A stretch of 64,000 nt of DNA from Lama glama (lineage: Eukaryota): NCBI GenBank assembly GCA_028534125.1, contig CM052832.1:10480001-10544000 (forward strand). Direction: 5' to 3'. The number at the start of each line of letters is the position of its first letter. Positions within the stretch are counted from its first letter, which is position 1. Shown in pieces: positions 12,908 to 24,990 of this stretch. The notes below the pieces were generated by a model. That model ran no database searches. It saw only the letters and a program-made list of their open reading frames with translations, and was not told the origin of the DNA. The translations under genes were made by a program, and so were the position numbers.

Positions 12908-13190
12908 TGTTAGTCAAGGTGAACTAGACTTTGTTGCCTTAACACATTGATGCACAAATCTCAGTAGATAAAGCACCAAAGGCTTATTTCTCATTCCCCT
13001 TAAGGCTGCTGAGAGTTGGACATCCCTTCTGCGTCTTGCTCCTGTGTCAGTGCGGTCACTGAGCAGAGGAAGAGAGAACTGTAGAATTACATGGGCTATG
13101 TTAAAGGCCAGGCCCACAGTGGCTTACATCGCTTCTTCCCACATCCCACGGACCCACACAATCTGACTTCATGGGGCTGCTGAGAAATGG
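12908..13190 (-). mobile_element. MLT1 LTR fragment
   Basis: tgttagtcaagg...aaatctcagt...aaaggcttatttctc...gtggcttacatcgcttcttcccacatccc. Confidence 0.5.
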
Positions 13191-13259
13191 GCACATACAA
13201 CATTGTATCCACCACACTTGCCAATTGATACACTATCTGTCTACCCTTCTTCCATCAGA

Positions 13260-13810
13260 AAGTCATTCACTAATTCAACAGATATTTATTGAACTTACTT
13301 GTGGCAGGCATGCCATAGGGAATATAAAAGGAAGACTTACGTCCCTAGTCCTAAGAACATCCAGCACATAGGAGACGCTAAATAAAGTGGTAAGTAAATA
13401 TTTCAAATGTGTGCATTGTTACATTATACAAATTATATTAGACCACCTATATATATTAATGTAACCACCTGTATATATTTATGTATGTTAATTCATGATC
13501 ATCCTTGTTCTCAAAAAGCTTAGCATTTAGCTGGGAGTCAGATGAGTAGATGAGTACCAGGTGGCGGATACACTTGGAGGCAGCAGTACAGTGGTGGGGA
13601 TGGGGCCCAGAGACTCACAGGCTGGACTGGCCTGCAGAAATCAGGGAAGGCTTCAGGGAGGAGATGACAAGGCTAGGGTCTGAAAGGATAGAGGAGAATT
13701 GGCCAAACAGATGGGGAAGTGGGAAGTCTGGGAGCCCCGAAGGAACATGTGCAAATGCAGGGCATTGTGAAAAGGCCTGGTTGGTAGAGGCACGGCCAAG
13801 AGTGCCTCTG
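13260..13810 (-). mobile_element. L2 fragments
   Basis: cattcactaattcaacagatatttattgaacttact...; atcagggaaggcttcagggaggagatgac...gaaggatagagg. Confidence 0.7.
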
Positions 13811-13879
13811 TGCATCTGGAGATCAGGGATAGGGTGTGGAGGGGCAGGTTTTAAGGATGGAGGAAAAGGATCTAAAGCT

Positions 13880-14060
13880 CTAAGGCAGGTTCTCCATCCC
13901 AACTGCAAATGAGAATCGTGTGAGTAACTTTAAAAAATGCCAGTGCTTGGGGCTCCCCCAATCAATTAAGTAAGGTTCTCCCTGGGCAAGGGCATCAGTA
14001 CTTTTTAAGAGCCCCCAGGTCATTGTAATGGGCAGCCAGGGCTGAGCACCACTCTCCCAG
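13880..14060. mobile_element. MER5-like hAT-Charlie MITE
   Basis: caggttctcc...ctttaaaaaatgccagtgcttggg...gggcatcagtactttttaagagcccccaggtcattgtaatgggcagccagggctgagcaccact. Confidence 0.8.
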
Positions 14061-15159
14061 AGGTAGGGTGGGGACAGGTTTGTTTGTCTTCCTTGCTCAG
14101 AAAAGGAACCACAGCCCTGTAGGAAGGTGTCTCTCCCTCCTCCCTCCCTGGTTGCAGACTCCTAAAAGGAAAGTCTAAGATCACGTGGGGGAAGCAGAGT
14201 TGCCAAAATGCTCCTTTGTCTTTATTTTTCCCTTTTCTCATTGTTCCTTCTCTACCCAGGCGGTCCCCCTTCTCCTTTTACCTGTGGCACCCTGGGGCCC
14301 GAGAGCAGCTGTGCTGACAGCTGGCAAGAAATTTCTCAGCCTCTGGAGGCTCCAGAAACAGAGACAGGGCTGATGCCAACCTGTTTCTGATTAATTACCA
14401 GGTACAAGGAGGCCCATTTCCACCAAGAGGGCCTTGCTCTGTGTACAACCTCCTCTTCCAGGCAGCACATCCTGCCTTGGGCCCCAGAGCCCCTCAGACC
14501 AGTTGATGACCTGTAAGATTGACCAGTACTGCATATTCTGCGTTTGGTTGTTATTTAACGATGTATCCTGTTTCTCGCCTTTGTTATACTCTGCCACCCG
14601 GACGACATTCCTTTCTCCTCCTGCAGTAGCTTCTCCGGGCAATTTGCCTTATCTCATCACTCTGAACATGTTCCCGGGATGCAGACTCATTTTACTACCA
14701 GCCTATAGTGAATTTACTGTGGGAACAGTAGTGGAGTGCGTTAGAAAGCCAAGGAGGAGTTCTGTTCGCATTTGCCATCGGGGCGGCACAGGGCAGCCCC
14801 TCAGCTCCCGGGGCCTCCTCTGGGATTCAGGTGTTGGTCCTGCTCGTGGCAGGAGCAGGTGAGTCTTTAGTTCCCAGGCACTGCTACTGATTCTGCCCTC
14901 TTGACTGCACCTATTTCTCAGTTTGGAATTCCTAGTTTTTGAATAGTCATTGTCCCTACATTCATTCAGCATATTTTTTGAGTGTCCACCTACTTACTAC
15001 ATGTCCGTCCAGTGCTATGAGCTGGGCATGCAGAGGCAAACAGGTCAGATACTCAAGGAGTCTAGCAGGTGCTGCGACCTGGGGAACTCAGCACTAATTA
15101 GCTGTGTGCAGCATGTGGTTACCTTACTTCCTGGGTGAAGTTCACCCCAGTGGACACTA

Positions 15160-15305
15160 GACCAGTAGTTTTCCAAACTGGGTTCCTTAGAGCCTCTGCA
15201 GAAGACAAGGAGCTGTAGAGTGAGTGGGCTCTGGTCCTCCTCTCCCTCTTCAACTATGACGGCTTCTCTTGTATCTGTTTTATATACTGGAGTTTGCATA
15301 AGATC
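15160..15305. mobile_element. hAT-type DNA transposon fragment
   Basis: cagtagttttccaaactg terminus and tatctgttttatatactggag; a related reverse-oriented piece lies at ~32920-33050. Confidence 0.5.
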
Positions 15306-15306
15306 T

Positions 15307-15650
15307 TGTGATGGTTTATGTGTCAACTTGGCTGGACCAGTGCCCAGATATTTGGTCCAACATTATTCTTCATGTTTTTTGGGAGATTAACATTTAAATT
15401 GGTGGACTTTGAGGAAAGCAGATTCCTTGCCATAATGTGGGTGGGCCTCATCCAATCAGTTGAAGGCCTTAATAGCGCAAAGGCTGACCTCCCCAAAGCA
15501 CTGAAGCAAGAAAGCATCCAGCCAGCAGAAGACCTTCAGACTTGAACTGGATCTCCATCCTGACGGCCTACCCTGCAGATTTTGGACATGCCAGCCTCCA
15601 TAATCATGTGTGCCCATTTCTTAAGACAAAATTCTCTATCTTTCTCTCCC
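15307..15650 (+). mobile_element. MLT2D-like ERVL LTR, 3'-truncated
   Basis: tgtgatggtttatgtgtcaacttggct...cataatgtgggtgggcctcatccaatcagttgaaggccttaatag...cagattttggacatgccagcctccataatcatgtg. Confidence 0.9.
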
Positions 15651-15774
15651 GCTAGTTTGTGATGCCAGGTCTGACCCACTGCCCCGCCTCAGCTCTGGTT
15701 CCAGGTGGCTGCCTGGTTTGGGCCTTGGTTGTCTGGGTTCTGACTTAATAGCAATTGCAATTTAAATGTAGCTA

Positions 15775-15960
15775 GTGATTTACTGTTTTCACAGTGTGTT
15801 GTAGACATTCTCATCGAAGCGTCACAATAACTTTTCACAGATGAGAACGTTGAGGTTAGGACGTCTTGCCCAAGGCCACGCAATTATTAAATAGCAGACG
15901 CAGGAGTTAAATGCCTTTGGACTCCAAATCCCAGCTGTTTCCCTCTATTCCCTGCTGTCA
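15775..15960 (-). mobile_element. MIR SINE
   Basis: ttttcacagatgagaacgttgagg...cttgcccaaggccacgc. Confidence 0.7.
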
Positions 15961-16574
15961 GCCCACTTAACCTGTTACACCAGAGAACACTAGGCACTGA
16001 GTATTTTTCCAGCAGAAGGGAGCTGGAGACTCCACCCCCAGGGAGGAAGACTTGCTCCCTGATTTCCAGAACGAGCAAGTCAAAGGCCCTTGCAGGAGTG
16101 AGAGGTGACCTCAGACGAACTGCAGCAGCTGCTTGTCAAGCCGGCACCCTCCGGAGTTGGCCATGTTTTCTGGCTTTCGCTGGCGGAGTGTCCGTGATTC
16201 ATGGCAATGCGGGGACTTTACGAGTGTGTGATAAAACCGTAATCATCAGCTGGGAGGTTGACATGAGATTACGGAGCTGCACAGTTGAAGTGAGTTACTG
16301 CGCTTTCCTGGGGGCTGTTCATGCGACGGCACTGTTGATATAAGAGGAATCAGTGGGTGTAGGGCTCAGGGTGTAATCTCGCCAAGATGCCTTTGCTGGG
16401 ATTGGGGACAGGGTGGGGGTGGCGCCAGGGTCGAAGGCTCCTGTCTGACTCTGCTCGTGACTTCAGCAGCTGTGTGTTGTTGCTGTGTGAGTGTGAGTGT
16501 GCGCAGGGGTCTCAGGGGCAGAGGGTTAAGTTTGCCACCCCCCTCAGTTCATGGAGACCCTGCCTTCCTTTCAC

Positions 16575-17305
16575 AGGCCACACCCAACCTGTCAGCAAAC
16601 CTTCAAACCACACCCAGACTCGGTCGGTCCCCTTAGCCGTCACTTTGGCCTGTGCCGCCTTCCTCACCCTTTCCTTTGTTTCCTATCAGCCCTCTCCACG
16701 TACTTCTTACTCCACAGTCTAGTGGCAACACCACAGCAAAGGTGATCCTGTTAAAAGTTCCGTCCGTTTTCTGCTCAAAACCCTGCATGGCCCGCCAGTT
16801 CCCTCGGCAGGAAGGCCGTCCTCACCGTGGCCTATAGGGCCCTGCGTGAGGGGGTCCCCATCACTTCCCAGCCCTCCCCTTCCAGCGCTTGTCCCCTCCA
16901 CTTGCTCTGCCCTGGCCACAATGGCATCCTTGCTGTTCTCAAACACATCACCCACTCCCCCCACCCCGCCTCCAAGCTCTGCACACTATTCCCTCTGCTT
17001 GAAAGCTCTTCCCCCAGGTTTCTACATGGCTTGTCCCTCACCTCCTGGGCTCCATGAGGCCAACTCTGCCTCCTTAATTTAAAATCACAGTACCCTCTCC
17101 GCCCCACCCCATCTCCCTTACGCTGTCTAATTTCTCTTTTCCCGTGGTATTTTTTAGCTTCCAACACACTAGAAAATGTATTTATTATTGTCTAGCTCCG
17201 TAATAGAATATAATCTCCAAGGAAACAGGGATCATTTTTCTTTGGTCACTGATACATATCAAGTGTATAGTAGGTGCTCAATTAATGTCGGTGGCATGAA
17301 TAAAC
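16575..17305 (+). mobile_element. L2a 3' region
   Basis: gtgatcctgttaaaa...ctgctcaaaaccctgc...gctgttctcaaacac...tagaatataatctcc...tagtaggtgctcaattaatg...tgaataaa. Confidence 0.85.
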
Positions 17306-17989
17306 AGAGGCTGTTTTTCCATCAAACCAGGACACTTTGAGGTCTGGAACTCTTTTCTCCATTAGTCTGGAAGTTCGCCTAAGGCAGAGACAGTGCCTTC
17401 CCCACAGAGGATCCCTTTACTCCATTATACTTACTTCCCTTGGCCCTGCCTGAGATCTAAGACTGCAAACCACAGCTAGAGAGGAGTGAAGTGAATGGCA
17501 AGGCTTCCTACAGGCCCAGGGCACGGAGGTCCAGCCATGAACCCTGGGTCCCTTGCTGAGATGCTGCTCCCTAGCCTCCTGTGCTAGGGCTGTGGCCATG
17601 GGCCCCTCACCCCTCTGACCTCTCCTGACCTTCAGGTGGGCCAGTTCTTAAGCCTGGATCCCTGCTTAGTTTCTTTCCTCTGGTTTTATGTAGCTCTGTC
17701 TAGCATCTGGCACATTCTTGGGGAAGTCTTCCATCCCAGCCAGTGACTGGGACTCCAGTTCCTGCCACCCTGCCCTGCCTTCTCCCCAGCCCTAGCTGGG
17801 TCCTACCTCCTTCCCCTCTGGTCACCAGAAAGGTAACTGCCTCCCATGGCCAACTCCCAAACGCTGCCTGAAAGTCATTTGATTTTGGAATTGATGTCCC
17901 TCACCCGCCTCGTCCTTGCCAGTCCCTGGTGTCAAATGCATCTGAACCAAAGGAGGCATGTGGCACAGTGGAGGGAGAGCACTCAGAGG

Positions 17990-18360
17990 GTGGCTGTGGA
18001 AATGCTGTGGGGAGCATGCTTGAACCGCAGCTCCTGCCTGAAATCACCATGCTCCCAGTCAGTGGGACTACACAGCCTGAGCGTGGCAGGTCTGCTCCCG
18101 AGACGTGGGACCCCTCTGAGGAGCCACTTTGGCTCAAGAACTCTGATGGCCTAAGATACTGTAGCCCAAGGTGCTCCTAACTCAACCTTCCTTCCTGGCC
18201 GCCCTGTTTCACTCCAGGGTCAGACCTGCACCCCAGTCGGGCAGCTTTCCCAGCCTCCCTCACCGTCCTGTGTGCTTCCCCGCACAGGCACCGCCCCTCA
18301 AACCTCACGCACATTTAGGCCTTTCCTGGGGTCTGCTTCTTGGAGGACCCAGGCTAACAG
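17990..18360 (+). mobile_element. ERVL LTR (LTR40/41-like)
   Basis: 3' end ...gggtcagacctgcacc...gtctgcttcttggaggacccaggctaaca typical of ERVL LTR U5. Confidence 0.55.
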
Positions 18361-18759
18361 CCCTGCACGGGAGCCAAGCAGACCTGATTTCAAATTGTGA
18401 CTTCCCGAGCTGTAGCTTCTGTGTCTGTAAATTGAAGCAAATAATCCTGACACCATGGGCGTGATCTGGGCTGGAACTAGACTCTAGTGGCCTCTCTGGT
18501 CCTGGCTCCTTCCACCCCTGGGTGTCTGCTGCCAGTCTCTCCCTCTGGGCCAGAGCCTGTGGAATCCCAGCCAAGCAGGTCCTGAGGACTGTGAGCCTCC
18601 AGGCCCCTGAGCTCTGGGTGTGGGGTCCGCTCAGGCCATGAGCTCACAGTCACTTAAGCAGAAACAGGTTTGCCCACATTGCTGCCCCATGCCCTCCCAC
18701 TAATGGGTGTTTTAGAGGAGCTTCTCCACTCAAAGCCTTTTTTTTTTTTAATCCTAAAA

Positions 18760-19140
18760 AGGGAAATTACTTGCTTAATTTAATTTGTTTAATATTCCTG
18801 TTAAAAAATGAGGTTCAATTAAGATACCCAGAAAAACCATAATGTTCATTTAACAGAAGAATGGAATTTGAGTTCCACAAATGCATTTTTTCTCTTCTGT
18901 TTTTTTAAACGCAAATCCAGCTAAGTGAATTACTGATCTTTATTAGATGCTTTAATTACAGGTTGTTAATAGAAATATTACCAAAATTAAACTCAAGTGT
19001 GTTTGCCAAGAAAAAAAGCTTTGTGTCACTTTTTAAAATAACCAAATTTCAAGACTTTGTCGATATGGTCCATTGAAAAAGCAGCTGAGAAATTAGCCCC
19101 TTAATTGTGATAGAGCGACAGGCTTTCTATGTAGAGCTGG
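18760..19140. promoter_or_regulatory. Candidate conserved non-coding element
   Basis: Unique AT-rich block with many TAATT/ATTA motifs in GC-richer, repeat-rich surroundings. Confidence 0.35.
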
Positions 19141-19879
19141 TCTCTCTGAGGCTTGTGGGGAATAGACGCCACCCTCCTAAGACAAAGACTTCGTATATGG
19201 ACCAAGTCTACATGTGCATGTGAGCGGGTCCTGCCCAGAGGCCCAAACCTCCAGGGTGAGTCAACTCTGCAAACATCCCCACAAGCCCTCTACATGCACA
19301 AGGGCACAAACGCAACCCAAACACATACACTATGTAAACTGGCGACTTTGTAGATTTTCTAAGCGAAAATTCAGAATCTCTCCATGCATTTATTCATCAA
19401 AACCTTCCCGCATCTCCTCTCCTTGAACACAGGTTGGCCTGCCATATACAGAAGATCGGGCTTTGATGAAGCTATCCAGGCACTGTCAGTTCTGGAATGC
19501 CCACTTCCCGAGGGGCTGGCGGGGGCTGGGGCTGCTCCATGGCCCCTTTCCTCGATGGCAGCCCTCTTTCAAAGTGGCAACTCACACACAGCCCAGCAGC
19601 TATTTGGAAAACAATGATTTTACTCCAAAGTGAGGGGTCCTGGGGATGGACTGAGCACCATATACGCCTGGGCCTCCTGTCTGAAGCCAGCTTGACTCAC
19701 CTGCCATTAACTTGGGTCTGTTTTTCACTCTGACTAGCCAACCAGCTTACTCTTCACCCTGTCCCTAGGGGCCGTTCTGTCCTTTCAAATTGTGCTTTAA
19801 GTATAACTCGTTAATTTCTAGTGAAAACGACCCACGACGGGGCTGCCTCGGTGGCCGTTGCAAGAATTCCTGTAGCGTG

Positions 19880-20000
19880 AGGTTTAAGGCAGCAGGCCTG
19901 GGCTGGAGTTACTTACTGTCCATGTGACTCTGGAAAGATCATTAACCTCCCTGAACCCCAGCTTCCTCAGTTCTAAGGTGCGGATAATTACACCGCCTCT
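19880..20000 (+). mobile_element. MIR SINE
   Basis: acttactgtccatgtgactctggaaagatcattaacctccctgaaccccagcttcctc. Confidence 0.65.
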
Positions 20001-20669
20001 GAGTCCTCTCCCTCGGCTCAAACCTGCTCAGTGCTCTCCTTTCCTGAAGGTGTTCTTCTTTGACCCAGTGCTCTACCCTCTTTCTTTCCTTTTCCTTTTC
20101 CCTGACAGCTTAGTCTGCCTTCTTATGGCCACGTCCTCACCCCCAACTCTCTCCTCAGTGTTGTAACAAGCAATAGAACACACTCTAGCTAAAGCGGGGG
20201 GTGGGAAAGGGTCCCAAGGATCTTCCAGAAGCTCTGGAAAGGCCAGAGGAGACCTGGACCCTGCGTCTGGGGAGTGCCCACAGCCCACCACTGTCTGCAC
20301 TGGAGGCTGGAGCCCCAGCTGGCATCACTGACGACTGACTCCGGATGCCAGAAGTCTGGAACTGCTGACCCCAAAGCCAACACCTCCCTGCCACCCTCAC
20401 CTGAAAATGAGTTCCACGCAGCACCTGTTTCCACCCCTCACTCTCTTCTCCACCCAGCGTCTCACTGGTTGTGGCTGGTTAGTGGAGCCAGGGTCACATG
20501 ACTGTGCCCCAGCTGCAAGGGAGGCTGGGAAAGAGAGGCTTTTTCTTTGGGGAAAGGAGAGAAATTGACCAGGCACAGGAAGGATGCTGGCACATGCTCA
20601 CCCATTGCCCCTGGGTCTCCAGGCTCTTCCATTGCTCTGCTGAAGTGCTCTGGGGAGACCTCCACGCTG

Positions 20670-21120
20670 GGCATCTTCCCTTTGTGCCTCCCTGCCCACT
20701 ATTCATTCTCTTCCACCCTGTTCTCTGTCCCCACAGGCTGCCCTGGAGGATCTGCATATACTTGTTGCCTCAGTTGCCTATAGTTGGATGTTTCCAGTAG
20801 GGAGCTTTGGTTGGAGACTGGGAAACTGAGGTCAGGGAATATCTCCCCATCTCCCTACCTGTGGGGTCTCACCAGGCCTGCTGTGTCCCTTAACCCACTC
20901 CACAAGCCTGTCAGACAGTGCTCTCTGGCTCCAGGTTTGTTAATCCTCCCTCTTCTTGGTCCCTCTGCTCAGGGTGGTTACTGCTCCCAGGGCACTGCAT
21001 CCTCCCTCAGGCTTTCCGTACATCATGCCTTACTGTTGTCAAGACCCTTTATTGAACTCTCCTGAAGTTACCCAACTTAAGGGTGCCATTTATCCCCTGC
21101 TGGGAGCTTGCAAGACCACC
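20670..21120 (+). mobile_element. LTR33-like ERVL LTR
   Basis: ctcttccaccctgttctctgtcccc...; 3' ccctttattgaactctcctgaagttacccaacttaagggtgccatttatcccctgctggga. Confidence 0.65.
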
Positions 21121-21149
21121 ACAGTGACCTCCACTCTGCCCAGGCCAGT

Positions 21150-22290
21150 GGACACTTCAGCCTTGATCTCCCTTGACCTCTGGGCTGCCTTTGACATTGG
21201 GCTACTTCCTCCTGGATACCCCATGTTCCCTTGGATTCCAAGTTTCTGGCTGTGTCTGCTTAGTCTCCCTCCAGACGTCTCCTCTTCTGCCCACCCCTGA
21301 GCATGGCTTTTCCTGGGGCTTCTGCTGATGAACTTTCCCTGCTTTCTCTTGACATGATCTGTGTAGGTGATCTCATCCACTGTCTTGGTTTTAACCCTGT
21401 CTCTTTGCTGACATCTCCCAATGTTACATCTTTAGTCTTTTGCCTGAGTTTGATTTCTAGTACCTACTGGAAGCATCCACCTGGGTGTCACTTAAGTATC
21501 AACTCAAAATCCGAACTGGCTCATTATCCCCTGCCATGAACCTGCTTCCCTCCCTGTGTGCCACATCTTATAGACAGCATCACTGTTCAGTCACCCAAGT
21601 CAGGCTCTTTCTTCTTGCTCCCTGGGATTTTCCATCTCTTAAGTGTTCCTTGACCCAGTGCCCTCTTCTCCAACCCTACTACCTGTGCCTTGATCTAAGA
21701 CATCACATCTTGGGTAAAATACAGCTGTCTCCTCCTTCTCAGCCTCCTAGGCTTCAGTCTTGCCCAGTGAAAGCCACTGCCCTCCTTTCAGCAGGGTTAT
21801 GTTTCTAAAATGTGAACTGACTACATTAGTCTCTGCTGAAGGCCCCTCAGTCTTCTGAAGGACTGAGCCCAAGCTCCTTAGCCAGACCCACAAAACCTTT
21901 TACGGCTTCATCCCTGCCTCTCTCTTCAGCTTCATCTTATGCCACTCTGGGTCTCCAAGGTCGTGCTGTACTAAATTGATTGGTTTATAATTTCAAGCAC
22001 ACGATGTCCTGTTCCATACCTCCATGACCTTGCTTATGTGATTTCCTCTCCCCACTTTCTTCCCCCATCACCTGCTCAGCCTTCAAGGCTCGACTCCTGT
22101 GTCCTTTCTTCCCAGGCTCATGTCCCAAGTGTGGGGACCATGCATTCTTGTCTTTGCATTTTTCATATTGATTTTTTTCTTTGTGTCTATCACTCCCACT
22201 AGACTATAATCTTCCTAATGGCAAGGATCGTCCCTTAATCATTTCTAGCACTCTGTGTCTGTCACATGAATGTTTATTGATCTCAACTGA
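21150..22290 (+). mobile_element. Long L2 fragment including RT remnant
   Basis: LISLDLWAAFD (L2 RT motif LILLDLSAAFD) at ~21163-21195, followed by L2 3' sequence to ctcccactagactataatc. Confidence 0.8.
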
Positions 22291-22644
22291 GTAGATGGTA
22301 TTGGATCAGCTGGGTCGCAGAGTCTCTAAAAGCTCCAATATCCTAAAATTCTTGAAAACAGGAGACCCTTCTGCTCTTATCCAAAGGTGGTCCAGGTTTC
22401 CCAGAGTGGGGTCATAGGCAATCAAAGAACCCAAAGGCCCTCCCCTCTAATGAAGAGCTCTGAGGCCTGCAGACGGTAGTATCCATCTCTCTGAAAAGAG
22501 TCAAGTTCTTACCACTGGTCTGGAAATTGACTCCTGCCAGAGTGAGACCTGCTGACAACCTCTCATCTTCCTGGTGCTCCGCCTCTAGGAAGGCCCTCCT
22601 TAGTTCTCCTCTTTGGAAATTTTGCATGTTTTCAAGGTTGGAGG

Positions 22645-22885
22645 AGGCCGTACAGTATTCAGATCCAGAACAAGGGCTTGGGAATCAGACAGGCCCAGCT
22701 TAAAGACTTCTCACCAGCATTGTGACCTTGGCAGTTCCCTGATTCCCCTGAGCTGCTTCCTCATCTGAGATGGGGTGATAGGTAATTATAATACCCAGAT
22801 CCTGGGGTGGTTTTTAGGACTAGATGAGACAGACGTCATACACTTAGCTCACCGCCTGGCACAGAGGCTCTCACGAAGGCTTAGT
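22645..22885 (+). mobile_element. MIR SINE
   Basis: gggaatcagacagg...tgtgaccttggcag...cttcctcatctgagatggggtgata...gatgagac...cctggcacag. Confidence 0.8.
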
Positions 22886-23108
22886 CCAAATCTTGCCTCC
22901 CCTGAGAAATCTCTGGTGACTCAGAACCAGCCCACAATAGTTCCCCTCCTCCGAAGGGTGTGATTCAAGTCCCAAACGCTCATCCTGGCATTTAACCATT
23001 CACCACTTCGGAGTGTTCATCCCCCACGTGCTAACCATGTCTACACCGTCCGTCTTATCTCCCCACTAGAGTTTAAACCACCAGAGGACAGAGATCATGA
23101 AGCAAATA

Positions 23109-23419
23109 TAGGTTCACCTCAGAGATACTGTGGGTTCAGTTCCGGACCACCGCAGTAGAGCAACTATCGTAATAAAGCGAGTGACACCGATTTTGTTTGT
23201 TTCCTAGTGCATGTAAAAGTTGATTATACTATGCTGTAGTCCATTGGGTGCAATTGCACTGTATCTAAAAAACACAATATACAGACCTTCATACTTCATT
23301 GCTAAGAAATGCTAACCATCATCTGATGATGGCAGCGTTGCCACAGACCTTCAATTTGCAAAAAAATAAACATTTGCTAAGTGCAATAAATCAAAGCACA
23401 ATAAAACGAGGCATGCCTG
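23109..23419 (-). mobile_element. Tigger1-derived MITE (Tigger1a_Art-like), complete
   Basis: TIR-like ends taggttcacctc / gaggcatgcctg, TA target duplications at 23107-23108 and 23420-23421, internal gggttcagttccggaccaccgca...aataaagcgagt of Tigger1. Confidence 0.9.
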
Positions 23420-24744
23420 TATTTTGAGACATTGCAGGTAACTTGCTGGGTGCCTCCCCTTTTCTCCTTTCACCAAACATCTTTAAGTACCCAGCACAAG
23501 GCTGGGGGTAGGGAGGGCTGCATATTGAGGAGACCTGAGTGGCTTGAGCTGGGTTGGGGAGGAAGGTGTAGTCTAAGGAGGAGGGACACCCTATAGTGTC
23601 CATTTGTGGCGACGTTAGCTCGTCCTCTGTCACAGCACTGGGTAAGCAGGGCAGCCTCCTACTACTGGCATCTGAAAAATGATTCCCCCACAAGGCCCAG
23701 CTCCCGGAGTGGAGGCACCGACAACTGACTGTTTAGCCCAGAATGATACCAAGAAAATGCTGGCAGTTTAATGAGCTGGGGTCCAGGGAACTAAAAGTAG
23801 GTAGGTCCCCTCTGGGGAAAGCCAGAATCTGGAGCGGCTTCCACCATCACCAGCCTGTGGGCACAGGTATGCACTTCTGTGTTTCTGCCATGCTAGGTCC
23901 AAACTCGAGCTGGAGGGGGACACTTGATAAGCCTCCCTCACTGGAACAGGTGTCCCCTGCCCCTACCTGGCCTGGCAACCTGAGTCTGGAGGAAGGCATA
24001 GGTCTGTGGCAGCAGAAGAGAGGAGAGGTCAACACATGCCCATGGGCCACGTGGACCTTGCGCTCCCCCTGTCCCTGGGCCAGAGGCAGTGCCCTCTTCT
24101 CCTTCTGGACCCCCTTTTCTGTCTTGGGCCCAGGGGTTCAGGGCAGAACTTGGAAACTCAACCCTCCCCCACATCCTCCCAAAGCTTAGGGCTCCTCTTG
24201 CTCTGGGTGGTGGGCCATCACAGCCCCCGCTCCCCCCAGCAGTCACAGCTGCACTTGTCACGCCGGCGGCGGACAGAGCCTCCCACGCGCCTTAACTGGA
24301 TGTGAAAAGTTAATTCAGGTATAAATGTGAAGGCTTAATGAGAGGAGAGCGCTGTGGATTAATTATGCCCCTCTCTGCCAAGGTAACGGCTGCACGCACC
24401 CCCGCAGCCCGCCACTGCTGCCCCTCAGCCCTGGCCCCTCTCTCTGGTGACTTCCTTGGCAAAAGGCCAGCATGTGCCCTCCCTGCTAAGTGGTGATCGT
24501 GACCGAGGACTGGGGTGGAGGAGGCGGGTATTGGTGATGGTGTTTGGGAGAAGAAATCCGCAGGGCAGCTGTACACGGATGTGGGCACGTGCTGTACTCT
24601 CGCAGCCAGGAAGTCAGGCCCCTCCCCACTAGCTCCTCAAACCTTCCAGCCTGACTTTGACCTCAGCTGTGTGCTGAGGGGATTTGAAGAGCTCTAAAAC
24701 ATGCTCGCACTCAAGATGCTGAAGCACAGCTGGGACTTAATATT

Positions 24745-24990
24745 ATCATCATTATTACTAACTTTACTGAGCACGTCCTGTGGCAAAGCACTGTGCTACA
24801 CACGTGATGGATTATTTCGTTTCACCTTGTTAGTAACCCTGGGGAGGAGGTATTTTTGTCCCCCTTTTATAGAAGAGGAAAGAGGCTCAAAGAGGTGAAA
24901 GGAAGTTGTCCGCGGTTGCACAGCCAGAAGTGAGCAAAACTGGGCTCTGATCCCTGTTCTTCTGGGTCCTGGGCTGTTGTGCTGCTCCCT
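24745..24990 (-). mobile_element. MIR SINE
   Basis: tttactgagcacgtcctgtggcaaagcactgtgct...ttttatagaagaggaaagaggctcaaagagg. Confidence 0.8.
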
